From Ascoidea asiatica JCM 7603 (lineage: Eukaryota > Fungi > Ascomycota), in the NCBI GenBank assembly GCA_001600695.1, contig BCKQ01000002.1, positions 1,296,768-1,360,767 on the forward strand: 64,000 nucleotides of DNA. The letters run 5' to 3'. The translations under genes were made by a program, and so were the position numbers. Positions 1 to 12,011 of the stretch are shown piece by piece. Each line of letters starts with the position of its first letter. Position 1 is the stretch's first letter. The notes beneath the pieces were generated by a model. It did no database searches, had not been told where the DNA came from, and was given only the letters and a program-made list of their open reading frames with translations.

Positions 1-256
1 CCTTGGTTTAAAACACGTGAGTAAACTTTTATAATTACGTAATTGATTACCAATCTTTCTTTTTTTTTGATTTTCGCATTTTGAAATTTGTGTGGTTTTT
101 TTCATGAGAAGTGAAAATTTGATTTTGAAAGTAAGCTGAAGAGAAAAGAACACTGAAATTAAATTGAAAATCAGCAAGTTTTATAGAAAGTTGAGGTTTT
201 AAAAATACTTAAATCACAACTGAAGTTTATAATATATATTATTAAAAAGATTTAAA

Positions 257-1603
257 ATGACAGAAAATTTTGAAGCAGATGCTCCATTAACTGCAAAAGA
301 ACTTGAAATTGCTCGTAAATATGATTTAACTCCAAAGATTATTCCATTTTTGGATAGACATTTAATTTATCCATTAATTGAATCTTTAGGTTCAGAAGAA
401 TTATATGATGAATTAACTATAAGAAAATTAATATATGATTTATTAAAAGATACAAATATGGTTAGTTTTGTTAAAGAACAATATGAATTATTAAATCCAA
501 ATTCAAATGAATTTCCAAAAGATTTAAATGAAAGAGAAATTTTTGTTGAAAAGGAATTAACAAGATTAGAAAAAGAAACTAAAGAAACATTAGATATTTT
601 ATCACAAAAAGATGTACAAGATAATTTAAAACAAGATAAAAATTATAATAGAGAATATTTAGAAAAAAATCATGGTATTACTGAAAAAAATATAAATGCA
701 TTATATGAATTTGGTCAATTTCAATATAATCGTGGTGATTATGTTATGGCTTCAGATTTATTAAATAATTTTAGAGTATTTTCAACAAATAGTGAATTAA
801 TTTTATCATCAACTTGGGGTAGATTTGCTTCTGAAATTATTACTTTACAATGGGATACAGCTTTACAAGAATTAAATAAATTAAAAGAAGTTATTGATTC
901 TCGTTCAATAAAAGATCCTTTATTACAATTACATTATAGAACATGGATTATTCATTGGGCTTTATTTCCATTTTTTAATACTGAAAAAGGTCTTGATCAA
1001 TTATCTGATTTATTTTTTTCTTCATCATATTTATCAACAATTCAAGCTGCATGTCCATGGTTATTACGTTATTTAGTTGCAGCAGTTGTATCATCATCAA
1101 CAAAATCAAGAAATTCATCAGCTTTTCAAAAAAGATTAAAAGATTTAATTAGAGTTGTAAATCAAGAAGAATATGAATATAATGATCCATTAACAGATTT
1201 TATTAAAGCACTTTATATTGATTTTAATTTTGATCAAGCAAGATCAAAATTATCTGAAGCTGCAGCTGTAATTAAAACTGATTTTTTTTTAGTTAATGGT
1301 GCAAATAAATTTTTAGAAAATGCAAGATATTTAATTTCTGAAGTTTATTGTAGAGTTCATAAAACAATTGATTTAAATTTATTATCAAATTCATTAAATT
1401 TATCAAGAGAAGAAGGTGAAAAATGGATTGCAAAATTAATTAAAGATTCAAAAATGGATGCAAAAATTAATGAAAGTGATGGTACAGTAATTATGAATCA
1501 TCCAATTACTGCAGTTTATCAAGATGTTATTGAAAAAACAAAAGGTTTATCATTTAGATCAAATCAAGTATTAATTGCAGCTCTACAGAAAACTGATGAA
1601 TAA
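257..1603 (+). CDS. INT6: Eukaryotic translation initiation factor 3 subunit E (eIF3e/Int6)
   Basis: N-terminal YDLTPKIIPFLDRHLIYPL, ALYEFGQFQYNRGDY and RTWIIHWALFPFF motifs; C-terminal PCI domain (ENARYLISEVYCRVH...MDAKIN). Confidence 0.95.
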   Translation: MTENFEADAPLTAKELEIARKYDLTPKIIPFLDRHLIYPLIESLGSEELYDELTIRKLIYDLLKDTNMVSFVKEQYELLNPNSNEFPKDLNEREIFVEKELTRLEKETKETLDILSQKDVQDNLKQDKNYNREYLEKNHGITEKNINALYEFGQFQYNRGDYVMASDLLNNFRVFSTNSELILSSTWGRFASEIITLQWDTALQELNKLKEVIDSRSIKDPLLQLHYRTWIIHWALFPFFNTEKGLDQLSDLFFSSSYLSTIQAACPWLLRYLVAAVVSSSTKSRNSSAFQKRLKDLIRVVNQEEYEYNDPLTDFIKALYIDFNFDQARSKLSEAAAVIKTDFFLVNGANKFLENARYLISEVYCRVHKTIDLNLLSNSLNLSREEGEKWIAKLIKDSKMDAKINESDGTVIMNHPITAVYQDVIEKTKGLSFRSNQVLIAALQKTDE

Positions 1604-1847
1604 TCTTAAATTTTACTTTTATTACCATTGTTATTATTATTATTATTTTTATTATTATGTTAAAACATTTCTTTTCTATTTCCCCCTTTTTTTTTTTGGT
1701 CATTTATAAATAAATACTTATTTTTTTTTATCTAAAATTTATTAATTTAATTATTTATTTACATGAATATTTATTATTTGAATATTCTAAAAAAAATAGC
1801 TTTTATAGCTTTTCTATAAAGTATTATTTATAATAATTATTTTTTTC

Positions 1848-2645
1848 TTAAGGCGAAACTTCTTTAACTTTTTCAGTTTCAGTTTCATTTGAAGCTTGAT
1901 TTTCATTTTCATTAATTTTTATAGATGGACGATCTTGAACTAATATTCTTGTATGTTTTCTAGTTTGTGGTTTGATTGAAGAAACAGGATATGAAATTTT
2001 TTTCAATGGAGTAGAATTTAAATTAGAAATAGAATCTTTTTTAATAGAGTTTAAACTATTATCTAAAATATAATCTATTGGTAAAATTGCAGGTAAATTT
2101 TTTAAAGATTCTTCATTATTATAAAATTCAATTTTTAATTTTTCAACTAATTCATAAAATTCTTCTTTTGAATTTTTACCTCTAAGTCTTAATAATTTAT
2201 CAATATTTTTTTGAGTTAAATCATCTATTGGTAAATTTTGTTTTTGTAATCTTGCAACAATTCTTGCAGTTAACCAATATTTCATTTCTCTTTTACCATC
2301 AACAAGTTCTAATAAACTTTGTTCTGCACAATCACCAATTCTTGGTTCTAATCTTGTAACTCTTGTATAACCACCATTTCTATCCGAATAACGTATAGCT
2401 AAATCATTAAATAATTTAGGTATGGTTAATTTAAGTTTAAATAAATTTCTACCAGCTTGAATTTTATTTGAATTTGAATTTGATTGTTTTGCTAAAGTTA
2501 TTAATTTTTCTGTATAACTTTGAGCTTCTTTTGCTTTTGCATGAGTAGTTATTAAAGTTTCATTTTGAATTAAATCTGAAGCAAGATTTCGTAATAAAGA
2601 TCTTCTATGAGAAGCAGTTCTTGATAAATGTTTGTACAACCCCAT
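1848..2645 (-). CDS. MRPL8: Mitochondrial ribosomal protein bL17m
   Basis: L17 signatures LSRTASHRRSLLRNL, TTHAKAKEAQ and RYSDRNGGYTRV; fungal C-terminal extension. Confidence 0.93.
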   Translation of the reverse strand: MGLYKHLSRTASHRRSLLRNLASDLIQNETLITTHAKAKEAQSYTEKLITLAKQSNSNSNKIQAGRNLFKLKLTIPKLFNDLAIRYSDRNGGYTRVTRLEPRIGDCAEQSLLELVDGKREMKYWLTARIVARLQKQNLPIDDLTQKNIDKLLRLRGKNSKEEFYELVEKLKIEFYNNEESLKNLPAILPIDYILDNSLNSIKKDSISNLNSTPLKKISYPVSSIKPQTRKHTRILVQDRPSIKINENENQASNETETEKVKEVSP

Positions 2646-3101
2646 TTTAATATATAAGACTTCAATCTATCAATCTCCCAAACTATGAATCAATCAATCA
2701 ATCCACTGATCTATCTATTTCTAAACTTCATCGTTTCCTCATTTATCAATAATCAAATATCCAATAATTATTATTTTTTGACCTTCTTTTTAGAAAATAA
2801 ATTGAAATTTCCAAAGCACGTGACCTGGTTGCAGGGTAAAAGAGGATGAAACACGTGAATGTCACTAAGTTAAGAAGCACCAAATAGAAACTGAGTAAAA
2901 AGAGTGGAAGAAGAGTGGAAAAAGAGTGTGGAGCAGATTGAAGACTGTAAGAGGATAAGAATAAGAATGAGAATGAAAATGAGAATGAAGTTGTTGATTA
3001 TATTCGAATAAAGTAAAATAGAGATTAAAGATAACTTATTCAATTCAATTCAATTCCAGTCAAAAAGAGAAGTAATAGACAAGTAGATATAGAGATAAAA
3101 A

Positions 3102-3562
3102 ATGACAGGTAGAATACATGGATTTCTTGGAGGTAAGTTTACTTTTATACCAATAGAATAATGAATAATGAATAATGAATAATGAATAATGAATAATGAA
3201 ATGAAATATGAATAAGAGAATAATAACTAATCAATAATATTTATATATATTTTGGAATATAATTAGGAGTACTTTTAACATCATCAATAGTTTATGGAAC
3301 AGTTTTAGAAATACATAGAAATGAAAGAATTTTAAGAAATTCATTAGAAACATCAAAGAAAATTATTGATGAAAGAAATTTAATTAAATTACCACCAAAA
3401 AGAATAAATGATTATATAAATAGACCAAGTTTTAAAGAAAATTTAAAAGATATTTGGAATGAAGAAATTATAATTGGAGTTAATTGGTTGTATTCAATAA
3501 ATTGGATTAATATTAGTAATAAATTTGAAAGAAGTTTAAAGAAATTAATTGAAAATAACTAA
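3102..3562 (+). CDS. MIC12: MICOS subunit Mic12 (Aim5), spliced: exons 3102-3132 and 3267-3562, 108 aa
   Basis: Not in the ORF track. Removing the GTAAGT..TAG intron gives MTGRIHGFLGGVLLTSSIVYGTV...RPSFKENLKDIWNEEIIIGVNWLYSINW, the Mic12 pattern (GRIHGFLGG TM helix; KDIWNxE..WxxS.W). Confidence 0.9.
3133..3266 (+). other. Spliceosomal intron of MIC12 (134 nt, phase 1)
   Basis: GTAAGT donor at 3133, branch-like AACTAAT at about 3225-3231, TAG acceptor at 3264-3266; contains an (AATGAAT)n repeat; splicing restores the frame. Confidence 0.88.
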
Positions 3563-3584
3563 AATAACTAAAGTGAATATATAA

Positions 3585-4126
3585 TTATATAATTTTATTA
3601 TTATCTTTTTCTTTTTCTTTATTTTTAATTTTATTATCTTTTTTTGTAAAATAATTATTAATTTGACGATATAAATCCCATTTATAAAAAGGAGCAATAA
3701 ATAAAAAAATTAAACCTAATATTAAATCAATAATATAAAATCTTCTTGGACTAAAACCCATCATACCAGAATTTAAAAAAAATCCAATAAAATCAGTATT
3801 AATTAATTCAATACCATTATTTAATTGATTTAAAATTATATTAAAACAAGATAATAAATCAATTGGATTTGAAGCACCTTCAATAATTTTTGTAATTTCA
3901 GGTTTTGATTTATTTTCTTCAATATAACCTTCAGAATTAAAATTACCTGGTAAAATTGTTGTAATTTTTATATTTTTATAAGGTAAAGCTTCTGTTCTTA
4001 ATAAATCAGATAAATTTCTAATTGCAGCTTTTGAAGGTGAATATGATCCATAACCGATAAATGGGAAAAAAGCAACTGAGGAACTAAAAAAAATTATATG
4101 ATTTATATCTTTTGGTTCTATATTAC

Positions 4127-4166
<40 letters not shown>

Positions 4167-4610
4167 TTTGATGGATTGATTGATTAAATGTTTAAAAGCA
4201 ACATGAGAGAAAAATAAAGAAGTGAAGAAATTTAATTTAGTTTGAGATTCTAATTCATCACCAGAATAATCTTTAAATAATTTAGGTAATGCAGAACCTG
4301 CAACACAAAATATTATATTTGGAATTAAATTAAATTTTAATGGATTTAAAATTTTCTCAAAACATTTCTCACATTCTTTATAAATTGAAATATCAGAGAC
4401 TATATAAAAAAGTTTTTGAGATTTATTAATTCTATATAATTCAATTTCTTTTATTGCATTTTTTAATTTTATTTCTGTTCTTGCTATAATTATTACATTT
4501 GCAGATCTTTTAAATAATTGTTTTGCAATTTCTAATCCTAAACCTTGAGAACCACCTGTTATAACTACAGTTCTATCCTTGACTACAAATTTATTTGAAT
4601 TGAAAAACAT
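3585..4610 (-). CDS. TSC10: 3-ketodihydrosphingosine reductase (SDR family)
   Basis: TGGSQGLG nucleotide-binding motif, YSPSK catalytic motif, PGNFNSEGYIEENKSKPEITKIIEG, C-terminal TM segment. Confidence 0.92.
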
Positions 4611-5560
4611 TTGTATGATAAAGAATAATAATAAGACAATAAGACTAACTTCGGAAATAGAATATTATCAACAGAATACTTGTGTAACTAATATCTCTTT
4701 CAATCAATTAATATCTGATTATCTTTCATATCATTGATAAATATCATTGATTATATTTCATTGATTTCTCTTGTTCTTCTTGTTACTTTTCATTGACATT
4801 CTCACGAAGGTTTTGTCACTCGGCGGGTATTGCGCTGCAGTACGCAATAATTATAACATTGTACAGCGCGAGACCACTCTTCTGGTACTCTTTATTTTCT
4901 GTTCACATGCCATTTTAAGCAGCCCACGGGAGTCATGTTCAGAGCCCTAGCTCTTGCTTAGAGCCCTGCTCAACACTCAACACTTTTCTCGCTCGCTCAC
5001 TTCTCTGCAGCACTATGCTGCACTCCGCGCCCGTCGACAGCCCATGCACACAGAAAGAACACCCACAGGTCTGGCTTCTTTCTTCTCACCAGATCTGTTT
5101 CATTCAATATATTAATACTTCAACTATTACTCAAAGAATTACTCTCATTATTACTTTATACTCTTTTATTTATATAAATATTTTATTTTATTCTTTTATT
5201 TCAATCAAATTAACTCCATTCATCTCTTTTTATATCATTTTATATTATTTTATATCAGTTTATATCAGTTTATATCATTCACATCATTCATATCATTCAT
5301 ATACTTTTTATCACATTCAAATCACAACAATTATTCAAAATTCTGTTGGTTATAAACTTGTTTATCAATTTAGGTAATTTAATCAATTTTATCAATCTAA
5401 GATTTTTCATTTTCGACTATTTTTCTAAAACGTGTATCATATCATATCATACTATATCAAATTAACTTATTTTATATTTTATCTTATATCCTATATTATA
5501 TTATTTCATATCAAATAAATCATTAAATCAATATATTTTTATATAAATATAATTATCAAA

Positions 5561-7300
5561 ATGGAACTGAATATAAATATAAATATTAATAGAAATATAT
5601 CTCCATCAACTTCAATGTCTTCAATAAATAATTATAATAATAATAATAATAACATTAGTACTAATACTAATACCAATACTAATACTATCACTAATAACAA
5701 TAATACTAATAAAAGTGAAAGTGATATTGATTTTGATTCAGATTCTGAAGTTTATCTTAATTCAAATAATAATCCAACTTCAATTCCAATTCAATCACCT
5801 TTACAATCTCCATTACAATCAGATTTGAATTCTCCAAAATTAACGGATTCAAATATTTCTAATTCCAATACTTCTGAAGCTGAGGAATATGAGAATCCAG
5901 AAACTGAAGATAATATACAACTTTTTCCAAGATCAACTTCTTCAATTTCTATATCTTCTGCATATTCTTCATCTAATTATTTTAAAACTCCAATTGATAA
6001 AATGTCTTTATTAGAATTATTAGATCCATTATCAATATCTTATTTAGATATTGGAGGTATTTCAAAAAAAAATAAAAATAAACATAAACATACAAATACA
6101 AATACTAAATTGAAATTAAAAGATAATTTATTAAATAAAGTTAAAATTAATACAAATAATTTACCATTTAAAGATATAAAAAATATAAAAAATATAAAAA
6201 ATTTAACAAATATTGAATTATCTGAAATTAAAAAAAAATTTTCAAAAAGATTAGATAATTTAGATAAAAATTTAATTAAAAATTTAACAGCTTCAAAAAC
6301 TGAAAAATTATTTTATGCTTTTACTTTATATTCAATTTTTTTTGCAGGTTATTTAATTGGTAAATATCCAAAATATTTTCATCTTTATTATTCATTTTTA
6401 TTTATAATTTTAATACCAATTAGAGCTTATACATATTATAAAAAAAATTTTAATTATTTCTTAGCAGATTTATGTTATTATGTTAATATTTTAACAATGA
6501 TTTTTATTTGGTTATTTCCAAATTCTTCTCATCTTTATATGATTTGTTTTTGTTTTTCATTTGGTACATTATCATGGGCTGTAATAACTTGGAGAAATTC
6601 TTTAGTTTTACATTCAATTGAAAAAATTACTTCTTCTTTTATTCATGTTATACCTCCAGTAACTTTATTTGTTATAACACATGAATTAGATTCTGATTTT
6701 AAAAAAAAAAGATTTAATGGTGCTTATAAATTTAATTTAAATATTAATAATTGGAGTTTATGGAATGGTATATTATGGACATCATTTTATTATTTAATTT
6801 GGCAATTATTTTATCATTATTTTATAACTATAAGAAATGCAGAAAGTATAAAAAATGGTAAAGTTAATTCATTTACATGGTTAAGAAAATCATATAGTAA
6901 AAAAACAATTGGTAAAATTGTTAATAATTTACCAGAACCATTACCTGTGATTGCATTTACTTTAATTCAATATGGTTATCAATTATCAACAATGTTATTA
7001 TGTCCAATTTGGTTAAAAAATAAAAGATCTGCATCATTATTTATGACATTTATATTTATTATTGCTTCTTATAATGGTGCATCATATTATGTTGATGTAT
7101 TTGGTAAAAGATTAGAAAAAGAAGTTTCAAGATTACAAAAAGAAATTTCTGATTTACAAGCTGAACATTTACAAAATATTAATTCAAATAATAATTCAAG
7201 TAGTAATAATTCAAGTTCAATCTCAATTGATAATAATAATGATAAAGAAAATAATCATTTACAAAAATTAACAATCAAAGAAGATATTTCAACAAATTGA
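5561..7300 (+). CDS. GPC1: Glycerophosphocholine acyltransferase (DUF2838 family)
   Basis: YFLADLCYYVN, WAVITWRNSLVLHSIEKITSSFIH and YNGASYYVDVFGKR motifs; multiple TM helices after a low-complexity N-terminus. Confidence 0.9.
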   Translation: MELNINININRNISPSTSMSSINNYNNNNNNISTNTNTNTNTITNNNNTNKSESDIDFDSDSEVYLNSNNNPTSIPIQSPLQSPLQSDLNSPKLTDSNISNSNTSEAEEYENPETEDNIQLFPRSTSSISISSAYSSSNYFKTPIDKMSLLELLDPLSISYLDIGGISKKNKNKHKHTNTNTKLKLKDNLLNKVKINTNNLPFKDIKNIKNIKNLTNIELSEIKKKFSKRLDNLDKNLIKNLTASKTEKLFYAFTLYSIFFAGYLIGKYPKYFHLYYSFLFIILIPIRAYTYYKKNFNYFLADLCYYVNILTMIFIWLFPNSSHLYMICFCFSFGTLSWAVITWRNSLVLHSIEKITSSFIHVIPPVTLFVITHELDSDFKKKRFNGAYKFNLNINNWSLWNGILWTSFYYLIWQLFYHYFITIRNAESIKNGKVNSFTWLRKSYSKKTIGKIVNNLPEPLPVIAFTLIQYGYQLSTMLLCPIWLKNKRSASLFMTFIFIIASYNGASYYVDVFGKRLEKEVSRLQKEISDLQAEHLQNINSNNNSSSNNSSSISIDNNNDKENNHLQKLTIKEDISTN

Positions 7301-8337
7301 AACATTACTTATGATTGATAAATAGTTATTCATTTTCTCCATTTCTCAGTCAATCACTTACTTACTTTCATATTTCATATTTCCTTTTTACTTTTTTATT
7401 TCTCTTTCATTCCTTAGATTCTTTTTTTTCTCTTTATTGAATCAAATCAAACTAAAATTAAATTTTTATTCTATGCCCTATTTTTTGTACTCTTTTTCAT
7501 TTTCCTTTTCTTTTTGCTTTTGTTCGATGTTCTGGTTTTCTCTTATTTACTTTCTGGCTGATAGTATCCTCTTTTTTTATATTATATAATGATTTCTCCA
7601 TCAATAAACATTTCACATAAATATTAAATATTAAATTTTTCTCCTTTAAATGTAAATGAATATACAGTATTTCCTTATGAAATCTAAATTTATTAGCTCA
7701 AACACAGAACACCCGTACTTCTGGTCTCATGCGTTGTTTAACTATGAATGCTGTATGGTTTCCTTTCCCAGTGGCCAAAGCTGACGGCGTGAATTTCGCT
7801 GGTTTGAATCTGGCTCAGAAAACACAAAAAATCAATGAGCTAAAAAAAAAAGAGTAAAGAAGAAAAAAAGTGAAAGGAGCAAAAGAGAAATAAGAGAAAT
7901 AAGAGAAATAAAAGATTTATATCAGACTTAAAACAAGTAACATAACAACAACAACAACAACAACAACAAGCCAAGTCAAGTAACTGATTCAATCGATTCT
8001 TATTGCCATTGATATATCAACTTATATAAAAAAGTACTCATTCAAGTCTCATTTCTTCAAGTAATATTATCCATTAAACAAGATCATATTTTGCTAAATT
8101 AGGTGCAAAACCTCCAGAACCTATATAAATAAATTAATAATAGAATTAGAGATTGCTTTGCCACTTGTATTTATATAATACTTTTATCCATTAATATAAA
8201 AAATAAAACATATTTTGATATTCATTTTAATAAATAGGGGCTATTTATATTCAAATTTATATATTCATAAACATATATCAAAGTACTAAATTCCTTCAGT
8301 ACTAAAATTCAATTATTCATAAAACATTATATTCAAA

Positions 8338-9831
8338 ATGGTTGTAGATGAAACTTATTATAAAGTATTAGGAGTTGAAACAAATGCAACTCCACAAATT
8401 ATTAAAAAATCATATCGTAAACTTTCTTTAAAATATCATCCTGATAAAAATCCATCTCCTGAAGCAAAAGATAAATTTCAAGAAATTACTGCTGCTTATC
8501 AAGTTTTATCTGATCCTGATTTAAGATCAAAATATGATAAATTTGGTAAAGATAATGCTGTACCTTCTGGTGGTTTTGAAGATGCAACTGAATATTTCGC
8601 AATGATTTTTGGTGGTGAAGCTTTTAATGATTATATTGGTGAATTAACTTTATTAAAAGATTTAACTAAATCTGCTGAATTATCTCAAACTAATGATGAA
8701 GAAAATGATAAAAATGATAATAAAAATGATAATAAATCAAATGAAAAGAACTCAAATGATAATAATTCAAATAATTTAGATTCTCATTCTCAAAATAAAA
8801 AAAATGATAATTCAATAAATGAAAAATTAAATCAATCAAAAAATACTTATAATAATTCAACTTCAAATTCATACTCAAGCTCATCCTATAATAATAATTT
8901 TAGTAATAATAATATTAATAATACCAACAACAATAACAATAGCAATAATAATAATAAAAACCCCTCATCATGTTTGGCAATAGAAGAAGATTATAAAAAC
9001 AAATCAAATACTAATGAAAAAAATTCAAATGGAAAACTTGATGATAATAAAGATAAAGAAAAAGAAAAAGCAAAATTAACTCCTGAACAACAAGCGGAAT
9101 TAGATAAATTTGAAGAAGAATGTAGATTAAAAAGAGAAGAAACTCAAAAACAATTAGCTGAAAAATTAATTTTAAGATTATCTGTTTGGACTGAAAGTCC
9201 AAAAGATAAAAATTGTTTAAAAGCTTTTAAAGCAAAATTTGAAGCTGAAGGTGATTTATTAAAAATTGAATCTTTTGGTCTTGAAATTTTACATACAATT
9301 GGTGAAATTTATTATACAAAAGGTTCAATTTTTTTAAAATATCAAAAATATTTAGGTATTACTGGTTTTTTTCATTCTGTTAAAGAAAAAGTTGGAATTG
9401 TTTCTGATACTTTTAAAACAATTTCTTCTGCTTTAGATGCTCAAAATACTATGCAAGAATTTACAAAACTTCAAGAAATTGAAAATGAAGAACAAAAATT
9501 ATCAAAAGAAGAAATAGCTGATTATGAAAAATTATTAATGGGTAAAGTTTTAGGTGCTGCTTGGGCTGGTTCAAAATTTGAAATTCAAGGTACTTTAAGA
9601 AGTGTTTGTAATAAAGTTTTATATGATAAATCTGTTCCATTACAGAAAAGAATTGAAAGAGCAGAAGGTTTAGTTGAATTAGGTAGAGTTTTCAAACATG
9701 CTTCTCGTACTGATGATGAAAATGAAGAAGCAAGAATATTTGAAGAATTAGTTGCTGAAGCTCAGAAAGATAGACCAAAAAGAAAAGCCCACACAAAAGA
9801 TAAAGATCCTGTAGTTAATAAAACTTCTTAA
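8338..9831 (+). CDS. DJP1: Type III J-domain co-chaperone with DnaJ-X domain (Djp1/Caj1 family)
   Basis: N-terminal J domain with HPD; [12 protein letters not shown] and DAQNTM X-domain motifs resemble Djp1. Confidence 0.85.
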   Translation: MVVDETYYKVLGVETNATPQIIKKSYRKLSLKYHPDKNPSPEAKDKFQEITAAYQVLSDPDLRSKYDKFGKDNAVPSGGFEDATEYFAMIFGGEAFNDYIGELTLLKDLTKSAELSQTNDEENDKNDNKNDNKSNEKNSNDNNSNNLDSHSQNKKNDNSINEKLNQSKNTYNNSTSNSYSSSSYNNNFSNNNINNTNNNNNSNNNNKNPSSCLAIEEDYKNKSNTNEKNSNGKLDDNKDKEKEKAKLTPEQQAELDKFEEECRLKREETQKQLAEKLILRLSVWTESPKDKNCLKAFKAKFEAEGDLLKIESFGLEILHTIGEIYYTKGSIFLKYQKYLGITGFFHSVKEKVGIVSDTFKTISSALDAQNTMQEFTKLQEIENEEQKLSKEEIADYEKLLMGKVLGAAWAGSKFEIQGTLRSVCNKVLYDKSVPLQKRIERAEGLVELGRVFKHASRTDDENEEARIFEELVAEAQKDRPKRKAHTKDKDPVVNKTS

Positions 9832-10274
9832 AAAAAATAAATTTAATTCAATCATTATCTATATTATCCTTTTACGCTACCTTCTTTTTTTTTTTTCTTT
9901 TATCTTTTTTATTTATTTACCTTATCTTATCTTATTTGGTCCCTTTGTTTGTTTTGTTATTTTGGTCTACTTTTATTTTAAATTTTTTATTTGAAATTCA
10001 TGCATTTAATTTTAATCATATTATATTGATTCATTATCTTATCCTACTAATTCTAATTATTTAACTTTAACTTTAATTTTTTGATTTATTTATTATTCAA
10101 TTTTTTTTTTTTATTAATTAATTTTATGTACGTGTAGATAATCCAGTGCTTTTTTAATTTCTATTTTTTTCTTTCAAATTATTTAGATAACTTTTTAGGT
10201 TTTATAGGCACCCTTTTAATAAATTACTTAAAATAATTTAATTTTTTTATTACATATTTAAAAAAAAATTTCTT

Positions 10275-11505
10275 TTAATTATTTTCTTTTTTAACTCTTT
10301 TATTAGAAATTGGTAACATATCTAAAATAGACCTTTTTTTACTATTTTTTTCCTTTTTGATATTATCTTTATTATTTTCCTTCTTAACATTTTTCTTGAT
10401 ATCTTTTTTAATATCTTCTTTCCTATCATTTGTTATATCGGATGAATCAATAATTTGAATATCTTGATTATCTTGATCTAGAATTTCAGTATTATCTTTT
10501 TCAAGTTTTAATTTATCTTTATTTGATTTATTTTTTAACATATCAAAAATTCCAATTTGAGATTTATTTTCAGAACTTATTGAATTTTCTTTTAAATTTT
10601 CATTTAAATCTTCATTTGAGTCTTTTATTTTTAAAGGTTCAGAAAGATATGGACCATCATTTGAAGGTTTACCAACATCTTTACATACTTTATACCATTG
10701 TAAATCATTTTTATTATAAATTTTTAAACAATTTGCTAATTTTTCATTCCATTTATTATTTTCAGAAATATTTAACCAAATTTTAAATTCATCTGAATTT
10801 GGATCTAAGATTATTGGCATTCTAGTATGTAACCATTTCATATTTTCTGGAGCTGGACCTGTTATTATTGTAAAAGTATGAAGTTCTTCATTTTCATTCT
10901 CATTTTTATGAACTTCTTTATATTCCTCTTCTTCTTCTTTTTTTTCTTTCTTTTTAATTGAAGAAAATTTAGTTAAAGACCATAATCCTGCTAAAAAAAT
11001 TAATTTATTATCTTTTCTTTTAATATAATATGGTATTCTTTCTTTCCCAATTTTTTTCCATTCATAATAACCTTGAACAGGAATAGCACATCTTTTATAA
11101 GATTTAACAGATTTCCAAATTTTTCCATCACCAATTACACTTTCTAATCTTGCATTAAAAGTTTTTGTGAAATTAAAATTTTTAGAAGATTTTCCCCAAG
11201 GTGGAATTAAACCCCATTTCATATAATTTATAACAAATTGATTATTTAATTGTTGATTTGTAGTGCAATAATAAATTGGAGCTATATTTGTTGGAGCTAT
11301 ATTATAAGAAGGACGTTGACCAGATTCATATAATAATTGATTAATGAATAGGTTTTGTTGAGCAAAATAACTAGGTAATTCTTCACCAGACTGAATATAA
11401 AAGGCAAGTTTAATTCATTAGTTAGTTAAGTCTATTAAATATGATTTAAATCTTGTTTTTGAATTTAATTATACTTACAATGGCCATTGAGAATCTTCCA
11501 CACAT
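10275..11505 (-). CDS. SRAP-domain abasic-site processing protein (HMCES/YedK/YMR114C family), spliced: exons 11505-11479 and 11390-10275, 380 aa
   Basis: Exon 1 encodes MCGRFSMAI with catalytic Cys2. Exon 2 has SYNIAPT, MKWGLIP, FNARLE, RCAIPVQGYYEW and WLHTRMP. The ORF track started at an internal Met. Confidence 0.93.
11391..11478 (-). other. Spliceosomal intron of the SRAP gene (88 nt, phase 0)
   Basis: Minus-strand GTAAGT donor, AACTAAC branch site, pyrimidine tract and CAG acceptor; splicing is in frame. Confidence 0.9.
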
Positions 11506-12011
11506 CTTGTTTCAGGAATTTAGCATCATATTAATCAGTTAAGCAGTTTAAATTATTTGTCTAGCTCACCATTGAATTGAATATCTCTTATATTACTTGG
11601 GTTCTAACTGGAATAGTACCAATTGAAGTGATCTTCTTTATTTATCTTCTTTATATTCTTTATCTTCTTTATCATCTTCTGCTGCTTCTTTTTCTTGTTT
11701 GCTGAGTGTTTTCCAGTCGAGGTAAAAACGAGCCAATGAACTTTGCGAACTTTGCGCTGAGGAAATTTGGGGATTTTCTACGCGTGCACGCTTTGAAAGA
11801 AGCTTTATTTATTTATTTATTGAATTTATTATTTATGTATTGATTATGATTAAATGATTGATGAATTGATTAGTTTATGAATTGATTAGTCTATTCAAGA
11901 AGAAAGAATTGAAAGGGAAGAAGATTGTTGAAGGAAAAAGAAGTGATCTAAATTTGTTCAATTGGTAGAAAGAATAATATATCTTGTAACATACTTGTAA
12001 ATATCTTAGCA

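Noticed and set aside
5015-5377. 120-aa ORF upstream of GPC1
   Set aside because: Runs through a promoter island and simple repeats; no family resemblance
8280-8300. TACTAAA...CAG as a possible 5' UTR intron end of DJP1
   Set aside because: No convincing GTAAGT/GTATGT donor upstream, and the motif is a local duplication
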